Part shown: positions 55,187-64,000 of the stretch, piece after piece
Layout: each line of letters begins with the position of its first letter
Numbering within the stretch: position 1 is the stretch's first letter
Assembly (NCBI GenBank): GCA_001929475.1
Contig: LXFE01000206.1
Span: 1 to 64,000, forward strand
Length of the DNA stretch: 64,000 nucleotides
Reading direction: 5' to 3'
Source: Neolecta irregularis DAH-3
Lineage: Eukaryota
Translations under genes and position numbers: made by a program
The notes under the pieces: model-generated
The model's input: the letters and a program-made list of their open reading frames with translations, nothing else
Told to the model about the DNA's origin: nothing
Database searches by the model: none

Positions 55187-56865
55187 ATGACAACAGAAGA
55201 TGAACTAATATCTCGCTCAATAGCGTCTGAAAATGTTATCCCGCCTGTTCAACAGCCTGAAGCGACTACTTCTTCTCAGGGTCTACACGATGCCTCCATC
55301 AATTCCGGCTTTCCAGGCTCTACAAGCGAGGAATCCAAAAAACGAAAGCCCAGCGGTCGAGACAACTGGGTAAAAAACTGGGACCAGAAGAGAACAAAGA
55401 GAGAAGATTATGGCATTCCGAGAGAACCACGGCGACCAAAGAAAAAAGTCGCTTGTTTGATCGGATACTGCGGAACTGGGTATCATGGGATGCAACTCAA
55501 TCCCCCAAATCGAACAATCGAGGGGGATTTATTTGATGCCTTCGTTAAAGCTGGTGCGATTTCAAAAGATAATTCCGACGATCCGAGGAAGGTGATCTTG
55601 CAATTACTGATAACAACATTAAACGTTTTAGTCTTCCTTACAAAGATCTGCCCGTACGGACAAAGGTGTACATGCCGCTGGGAATCTGATTTCACTCAAA
55701 TTGATTGTTGAGGATGCTGACATTCTGGAAAAAATCAATTCTTATCTTCCAGCGACAATTCGACTGTGGGGCTTTACCCCATCAATCCGCTCATTCAATT
55801 GCCACACAAACTGCGATTCTCGAGTATATGAATATCTGTTACCTTCACACTCATTTCTTCCTCCAAGACCAACCTCAACCTTTGCTCAGTTTATTATTTC
55901 ACAAAACAAAGATGCCGGAAAACCGATTCAGAATTGGGGTGGACACGACACAAGTCAGTTCTGGGACCAGGTCGATGTAAAGATTCTTCAGATAAGTGAG
56001 GAAGAGATAGCAGCAGAAGAAGCGCGTATCCAGTCCGCTGTGGAAGAGCACGGAACACAAACCCATCAAGTCAATGCTAGAGAGCGGATAATTCGGAAGC
56101 TTGAAATGAAAGAGAAAAGGACCTTTCGCATAACCCCTGAACGAATGCAAATTGTTCGTGATGGTTTCTCGCAGTACCTGGGTTCGCATAATTTTCATAA
56201 CTTCACCGTCGGGATGGAATATCGTAATGAAAGCGCCAGGAGATTTATGAAAAAGATTACTGTGTCTATTTTATCCTATCAAGCTCTGACGATAGGTTTC
56301 TGATCCCCATAACATTGACGACACAGAATGGATTTCAGTCAAAATCCATGGGCAATCATTTATGCTCCATCAAATTCGGAAAATGGTGGCCATGGTCGTC
56401 ATGATAGTTCGTTCTGGTTGTCCTGAAAATCGAATTTCAGAAGCCTATAGGCCACCCAAGCTTGCTATTCCAAAGGCACCGGGTCTCGGATTGCTTCTCG
56501 AGCGACCTATCTTCGAGGGATATAATAAAAAAGCAACTGATAACGGGCGAGAAAAGATCGACTTTGATCAGCATGATGATCAAATAGAAGCCTTCAAGCA
56601 AAAGCATATTTACGATAAGATTTACGCGGAAGAAAAAAAGGAAAATATGTATGCCACTCGTTATATTTGGAGATCTGATTCTAGATTTCATATTTTTTTG
56701 TCTGGCCTAGATTCTTTCCCTGGATTTCCTTACTTGACCGCAAATGGGTTCCCAAGAACTATGGAAACAAAAGCTGAAGAACTAACTCTGCCAGGAGCGG
56801 ATGACGAAGAACAAGCCCAGGACGAGAGTGATTTGAAGAGACCCAGAGAAGAATTTGAAGGTTAA
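55187..56865 (+). CDS. PUS1: tRNA pseudouridine synthase 1 (TruA family)
   Basis: [52 protein letters not shown]. Confidence 0.96.
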
Positions 56866-57742
56866 GATTGAACCGAGTGATCCGAGGATTGTATTGTAAA
56901 TCATAGAAAAACTAGGGTCAAATCAACAAACTGGGTTGACACCCCGTGACAGTCGCAGTCGGTCGCTAAAATATTTGCCACCTAATACTACCACAGTAGG
57001 GAAACCTCTCCTTTCAGGTCATGTTCAAAACAGCGCTGGCTTTTGCTGGATGTGGCATTAATCCGACAGCTTGAAAAGGGATCGTGACCCCAATTTATCA
57101 TTGAAGAACTGTTAAACTGATTCGAATCTGTCGAAGCATCTATGCTTATTGGAATATATCAACACGGCTATCACGATTGGCAGAGAATATATTCTATCAA
57201 ATCTCTGCAGATCCTTTATCTCCGAAAAGATGCGACGGCGGATATTACACAATTTAGGACTGAAGTTGTCCCTGACAAATGGTCATATTACATATCAGTA
57301 TAAATCCCACGTGACTGTGGTCTCTTACCTTGCGATACATTACAATATTCCAACTGAATGGAGAATTCACTGGACATTTGCCCAAATAGATAGGCCTGTT
57401 GAACTTGACTGAAGATAAGGGTGCAGGCTTTCATCTGATAACTGCGGAATTGAATTTATTCCAATATTTCTTGCACTTGTTTCAACGATTAATTCTTCAT
57501 TTCTCGAGCAAGTATCATTATCCAGGTCCGCTTCCTTCTCTCGTTCACATGGAGCAAAGAGAATAATGCATTTTCCGACCTTCAGTTTGTCGACCGAATG
57601 GAAAATTAATTGGGAGTTGTTTGTCAGTCCGAGATATATGTTTATTTCCCCAGGTAATTTTAATGACCACAAATAAAATTGATACTTTATAGTTGCATGA
57701 ACCCTCTCAATTCCCAATACAAATACAATCCTCTTTCTCCAA

Positions 57743-58516
57743 TCAGAGACCCATTATTAATCCCGAAATAAGAGTCAGACTGAGAAATAAGGGCCGGCGT
57801 AAACTAACAGATAGCGATGCAGTACTCTGTAGAGTCGGGTTGTCTTTCGATATTCCCTTTGAAGATCCAGCTTCGGGAGTAGCAGTAACCACGACTACCT
57901 TTGTAATCGTACGATGAGGATGTTGAAGATCGGGAACAGTGACCGTCTTGGTGATCACCTGTGATTGAGGTGCAGCTGTATCGCCATTGTTATCGTCATT
58001 CGTAGGGGCGCTCGGTTCAGTAATTGCAGGATTGTCATTGTTTTCGTTTGACGTTTTGTTGTCTTGACCACCTTCGTGCCTTCCCGCAGATGAAACTTTA
58101 TCGTCATTTAAACGGACGCTCGGTTCAATAGTGGGAAAACTGCCAATATTTTGGCTTGGCGATTTTTTTTCTTGGTTATCTTGATGCCTTCCCATTGTCG
58201 AATTATCTTGTCTCCTACCCAGACGAAAAAGTTTATCTATAACGACTTTATCTTGCATTTCATAATATCGGACAGCTGCTTGAACATTTTCGAAGACACC
58301 TTCCTGATACTTTGGAGATATTTCTGTTAGGGCTTGATGTATCTTCAACGTCGAATCAGATAAATTATTAGTTCTAGCTTCCCGTACGGCTTCAGGAGCC
58401 ATATTGTCCACAATCAAAGAAGCCACATAGAGCTTAGCATATACGGTGAAGAGAAGTATCAACATAGTCGTCAAGAGAACCAAGAAAGGAGCTATCGAAG
58501 ACGAAATTAAGATCAT
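57743..58516 (-). CDS. Orphan secreted, probably GPI-anchored surface protein with an internal 36-aa repeat
   Basis: Intronless; hydrophobic N-terminus, T/V-rich stalk, small residues then hydrophobic C-terminus; 108-nt repeat period (tatcgtcatt..gctcggttca at 57991 and 58099). Confidence 0.75.
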   Translation of the reverse strand: MILISSSIAPFLVLLTTMLILLFTVYAKLYVASLIVDNMAPEAVREARTNNLSDSTLKIHQALTEISPKYQEGVFENVQAAVRYYEMQDKVVIDKLFRLGRRQDNSTMGRHQDNQEKKSPSQNIGSFPTIEPSVRLNDDKVSSAGRHEGGQDNKTSNENNDNPAITEPSAPTNDDNNGDTAAPQSQVITKTVTVPDLQHPHRTITKVVVVTATPEAGSSKGISKDNPTLQSTASLSVSLRRPLFLSLTLISGLIMGL

Positions 58517-59270
58517 ATATATGTATTGTTCAAAAGAGGCGAAGACCGTGGTCAAACCTTCCGCCACGTTCTAGGATACTAGGCGAGCTATATCTGTTAC
58601 AAGAAAAGAGAAGACATAATTAGTCTGCTTGGCCTTGAATTTTTTTTAGATTTCTGCATCATATTGATTGGGTCGAGACCATTGGACGCATCTACTTCTG
58701 TTTAATTCTTGGTAATACAAATATAACATGACACATAGGAGTTGCGCAAACAGACTGATACCTAACATTTACAACTACCTCTCTTTCAAGCCTCGCTTAG
58801 ATAACTCCAGGAGAGATCATGAATAGGATACATTTAAATATTCTATCAAGTATGTTGAAAATGTTGTCAAGCTTCGTTTCAATGACGTGCGACACACCTT
58901 GTGGTATTTTGAAACCGGAAGGATTTCAAACGAGGCTTCCTCGACAACCACCTAGAAATACCTTTTCTCCGATTCCGCTCCCAGTTTAAATTGCAATTCC
59001 CATCTGCCGGTCGCGATCCGTGCCGCCTTAGAAGGCTATTAACAGCAAATTGCCAGTGGATCATTTGTGTTCCGACAGCAGTCGTCAAGTTCGTTTTCTT
59101 TGACTCTAAAAGGGATTCTTTGCGTGATCAGTGTCTTTGAACAGGACCGCAATAGCCACACTCACACCATTGTTCCCGGTGTTCAAACCAGTCGAGATAA
59201 TTTTCTTTTAAGAACGACTTGAGAGCCCGGAGGGCTTCAAACCCGTCTTGGACGGTGGCCCTCCCAAGGA

Positions 59271-61472
59271 ATGCCATCCATGCCATCGCTCTTTCATCAC
59301 CCTCAGCACCCGTTTACAGAGGATCATATGGCTGGTGTCGATCACTCCAAGTTTACAGACAAACTAGAAAATACCGCTCTGGACGAAAAATTGTCTGAAC
59401 AGCGCCACTTATGGACGGAACCAATGGTGCGGCCAAAGCCTCTTGATCCGATATCTTCGCCACGAAGGGCCTTTTCAGCCCCATGTTCAACTAGTCTGGG
59501 AAAGTCACAGAGCGTCTTTTCATTTGGTATGCTTTCATTTCTTTAAAAAGAAATTAAATGCGCAGATGCTTTCCCTTTCACGCGTGCACAAAGTCCTTGT
59601 GTGCAATTAGTAAAACCACTACATCGAGCAAAGGATGAAGAATACCCTTTGTTTGGTGATCAAATGAATCATTTGATGGATATTCTTGATGAAGATTTGA
59701 ACTCAGAAACGCTTTTCTCTTCTTGCACTACTCCTGAAATTCACCAATCCTTCAATAGAAATCAAACAAATGGGCGGCAAAGGTCGCTAGTCTCGATATT
59801 TTCTGATGAAACCCCTTCAAAGACGACTGTAGAAACTTGCGAAAGCCTTTTACGAAAGTCTAAAAGTATTACTCGTATGGAAAATAACCAAAGCTCTGAA
59901 GAAAACGCGGTCTGTTTATCACCCTTCGGATTGTCACACCCACCACGGTTTCGCTTTGCTAAGGCTATTTTGCATGGACCCACACCCGCTTCTGCATCAT
60001 CGTCGTTGGTGGTTCGTACGTGGTTCGAAAGTATTCAGCAACGGCTTCCGCCAATATTTGATCGACTGGGTCATACTGTCCTCTCAACTGGAACCCCACA
60101 TTGCCTTATTGAGCTGCGAACTCTAAAGTGTTATGGTCTTGAGAAGTGGATCATCCCAACAAAGGAGCCCGAAGTTGTGGATGGGTTGGAAAGTCTCGGT
60201 CGTATACTGCTGGCTGTTTTACTTCCTAATGCTCCAACTCTTGGTGCTTCGAAGAATTACATTGATGCCAAAGTCGCAAAACTGATGATCGAATTCGTCG
60301 TCGTTGAGGACTTGTCTCTTCCAAATTTTGAAGGTCATCACGTTGGGTGTCTCCTTGGGAACTCAGCTTTCGCTAAATTTCGATGCGAAATCTCGTTTGT
60401 CCGACGTAGCTTCCGCATCGAGTCATGTAAAGTCGACGTTCCTTTTGCTCGCTCCCAGCCAGCTCGAAACAATTTGCCTAAGAGAATCATTGAAAGTGTG
60501 ACTCCGACAGAACTTCCTGAAGCCGAAGTGGTTCTTCTGAAAAGGCAACCAAAGCCCCCGATTGAAACGGAGCCTCTGGAAGGCGATGCTGATGTTCATT
60601 CTTCCGATTTGTTCAATCCTGCAATTGATTTGGATGGGTCGGCCTGTATTGCTGATCAATCAATGGAAGCTACGCAATTTGAGGACAGCCACTCACTGAG
60701 TCCCAGCCCTGTCGAATATGATTCGAGCTGTTATCAGAATATTGGGTCAACAATGTCCAATCGCTCTGTAACCTCTCTAGAAGCAACGACTCGATGTACA
60801 TCGCCAGAGTCTTTGCCTGACACATTAAATCGCGAATCGACTGTGATGTTGAAACCTTGCAAAGCCTCCTATTCATTACTGCCCACGTCCCAACCACAAA
60901 GGAAAGATCCTGAAAGACGCGTCACTTTTCAGCAGTCTTTGCAAGATAGCGATCTACTTGCGGATCCTCAAACTTCTTCGAAGTATCAATCTTGTAGATC
61001 AATTCCCGAAACTAAGCTGGTCAAATCTCTCAAATCGCCTGCATCAGTATACAAGCCCTTAAAGTCTACAGCTACAATCTTTATTCCACGATCAACCAGT
61101 TCTTCCATTGCACATACTGAGACTCAACACAATTCCCAATCAACATCACCTCTCTCCGGCGCTACAAGTCCTTGGATAAAATCTGCCACTACAAGTAGAG
61201 AGAAATCACCAACAGTAGCTGAAGTTGTCGCCGGTAAATGTCGGCTTAAGTCTGCTGAAAACGAGGTCTCTCAACGAAGAGCAATGAAGGTTCTTAAATC
61301 TCATCGTTCAAAGAACCCTCTAGAAGTTGAACGACCAGACACGCAACAGCCTGAGCCAAAAATTACTGGGCCTGGGTTGAAGGGTTTGAAAAGTATGAAC
61401 TCGTTGCCACGAAATGTCGGGGAATATAAACCGCGCTCAAAAAGCATTGCGGGGGCGTTTCATTGGATCTAA
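59271..61472 (+). CDS. Large Ser/Pro-rich protein with a central retropepsin-like domain
   Basis: Two exons (intron ~59527-59565); VLSTGTPHCLI and CLLGNSAFAKFRCEISF motifs between disordered flanks. Confidence 0.75.
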
Positions 61473-61684
61473 ATTGATTTCCTTTCTTTACGCGCTGCAG
61501 AAATTGCTCTGCAATTTTGCAGGCCTGTTTTCTTCACTTTCCGGTTTGGAAATTTGAATTGGGAGAAAATGGAAGATCTTGATGAGTGGGAAGTAGGAAG
61601 GGTGATTGTTCTTTTTCCATTTCATAGCCTATTCAAGAAATAAGACAGAAATCGATGGCTCGGTGGATAAGCCTTTCAAAATAT

Positions 61685-62434
61685 TCATATCTTGGACCCC
61701 AAATACAATGCTTGCAGCGACTCTCGGGTAGCATCTTTGGTTTCTTTAACTAGCTTTACGACCTGTTTGAACTCTTGTATGTTTGCGTCGCCCATTAATT
61801 CGTACAACTACTTGTCAGTTGATTAAATCACAAAGACATGCGAAAGATTCACTGGTACTGATCTTTGCACCTGCTTGTCTCATTCTTGCAATTGCGATAG
61901 GGATTTCCTCTCGATTACAGGAGCTTACTGCATCTGATATAACATAAACCTGATGTCCCCGTGCCAGTAGGTCCAGGGTTGTTTGCAACACGCAAACATG
62001 AGACTCAATGCCGGTTATTGCAACACTACTTTTGGGCTGTAATGCTCTCTACTATCATTGATATCAGGAATATGTGATAGTTACGAACTTCAAGCTCTGG
62101 AGTATGCATACTGAACAAGGTTTTATCGAGCTTGAGTTTTGCATTAGAAATATCGAGTTCGGAACAGATTTCTCCCAATGCCTTGTTGTTTTGTGTGGTT
62201 ACGTAAACAGGTACATTGAGGATTTTTGATGCCTGCAACATTTTAGATGCACTGGAATCGAATTAGACACTGACTGGAGCACAGATGTAAACACATTTTC
62301 AAGATATGATCGAACGCATAGATAGCGGGGCGGAACTTTTCTTGTTGATCACAAATAAAACTGTTTCATGAGTTCAATGGTTTCCAAAAGAGATACAGCG
62401 CTGGTCGTGCGAGTCTCAATACCGTGGATGTCAT
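61685..62434 (-). CDS. Isochorismatase-like hydrolase (ISOC/YcaC type)
   Basis: FICDQQEKFR, TTQNNKALG, DKTLFSM, GIESHVCVLQTTLDLL, DAVSSCN; ends -SKI*. Confidence 0.92.
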
Positions 62435-62891
62435 TAATGTTTGACAAGTGTGGAGGCGCAATGTCCAATTCCGTTCTTAACAGCCATTTGACCAACCATT
62501 AAGGTGTGATTGAGATTTATCTGTATATTATGAAGATAATTTATCACTTTAATTGGGCGATTTCTAGATGTAGTAGTCAAGAGAATGATGAAAACTGTGT
62601 TATCGTCCCATTCCCTGTAGTTGAACTTATCGGCAGTCATTTGACCCCACCATGGAGCTTAATTTTGGATATACATAGCGATCCATTGTTGGTCGAATTT
62701 CCTTTTCACGTTATATCAGAATATAACGATGGGATACTTTGTCAGAACCACTCACATCGTGTTCCAAACAAAGAAAACAGCACAACTCTCAAACTCTCAA
62801 TCACTCCAAACTCTATATTACACGTTCTACACTTTTCCCTATCAACCATAGCTTCTGTTCCGTTTCCAAAACCCTAGTTTCCAGATAGATT

Positions 62892-64000
62892 ATGTCCGGC
62901 AAGTTCGTCAGAGCTTCAAAATTCCGTAAAATAATTCTTATTCCTCACATTCTCGCTAAGCGTAAATAGGCCATGTATTCGCTCAACCAAGCAAACGAGT
63001 ATCCCCAAAGGTTAATGCCTCCTATCTCACATTTCCCAGGAACAATGCTACGATAACGTCAAAATTACAAGAAATGCCTGGGACTCAAACTTGATTCAAG
63101 TATCTTCCTGCCAAATATAGAGACCCAACAATTAAGTGCAACTCATCCTACCTTTCAATCAATTGGAATATCAACAGCGGGGGATCATTCGGAGTAATCC
63201 CCCTGAACGAGACGGGAAAAATACCGGAGAGTATTCCTCTTTTTCAGGGTCATACTGCTCCTGTGTTGGATACCGATTGGTCGCCTTTTATGGATACATT
63301 GGTGGCATCAGGATCTGAGGATGCAAAGGTAATGCGAGCCCATTCTGTAGACTTAGCTATAGATTTTCCTTTGGCAAGTTCCAGATGACTTCACTATATT
63401 TGACAACGTGTTTGAAGAAGTAAGGCCCATGGCGAAGTTGACTGGGCATTCGCGGCATGACTATATATTTCGTCATAATCTCATTTATTTTAGGAAAGTA
63501 GGATTCGTTCAGTTCCATCCCACTGCGAATAACGTCCTCGCAAGTGCATCAACAGATGGTGTCAAATTCTGGGATATCGAAAAGGGAGTTGATAATATCA
63601 CACTTAAACACCAAGACATCATTCAGTCAATGTCATTTAACCGTAATGGGTCGCTCCTAGTTACGACCTGCCGCGATAAGATGATCAGAATATTCGATCC
63701 ACGAGCACAGATTTCTCCAGTTCAAGAAGCTAAAGGCCACGAAGGAGCGAAAAACTCAAGAGTTGTATGGTTGGGAGACTTGGACCGAATTGCGACGACG
63801 GGGTTTGGAAAATATAGCGGTCGACAACTTGGCTTATTTGATACTACTGCATTAGGAAAAGGACCGATTAGCCATGATTTCATCGAATTAGATTCATCTT
63901 CAGGGATTACTATGCCTTTCTGGGATCCGGACACAAAGATTCTTTACCTGGCTGGAAAAGGGTGTGCTTACTAATTGTAAGAGACACATTAATGAAATAT
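62892..64000 (+). CDS. CRN1: Coronin, 5' part (runs off window)
   Basis: MSGKFVRASKFRHVF, NAWDSN, GHTAPVLDTDWSP, FHPTANNVLASAS, GHEGAKNSRVVWLG, LYLAGKG. Confidence 0.97.

Noticed and set aside
57149-57717. Short ORFs between PUS1 and the GPI-protein gene
   Set aside because: Non-ATG starts, no motifs and no consistent splice model
62999-63040. GTATCC donor in coronin as a U12-type intron
   Set aside because: Reads GTATCCCC rather than RTATCCTT and has no CCTTAAC branch site; I saw no convincing minor intron in the window

Overview
Gene-dense eukaryotic (fungal) DNA with many very short (~34-45 nt) spliceosomal introns and tiny intergenic gaps. The gene set and architecture suggest an early-diverging ascomycete (Taphrinomycotina, Neolecta-like; inference). 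Recognisable housekeeping genes: TRM732/THADA, Vip1 RRM protein, ArgRS, LDB19/ART1, RTF2, RPC25, U2AF small subunit, PEX8, RIO1, SMC3, ATG17, a PDR ABC transporter, phospholipase B, HAT1, ATX2-type ZIP, CEM1, an ASR1-like RING-PHD protein, SRP72, NIP7, PUS1, an isochorismatase-like protein and coronin. Several orphan secreted or membrane genes and non-autonomous DNA-transposon remnants lie between them. Most notable: (1) a ~160-bp near-identical inverted copy of PEX8's own exon/intron sequence just upstream of its ATG; (2) an AUG-less in-frame extension on ArgRS resembling a mitochondrial presequence; (3) CEM1 overlapping neighbours at both its stop and its start codon; (4) a tandem pair of intronless Cys-patterned secreted paralogs split by a hAT-type MITE; (5) an orphan 7-TM protein; (6) a retropepsin-like domain lacking its catalytic Asp; (7) several weak GC-AG introns. 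CDS coordinates span first to last codon including introns and were spliced by eye.
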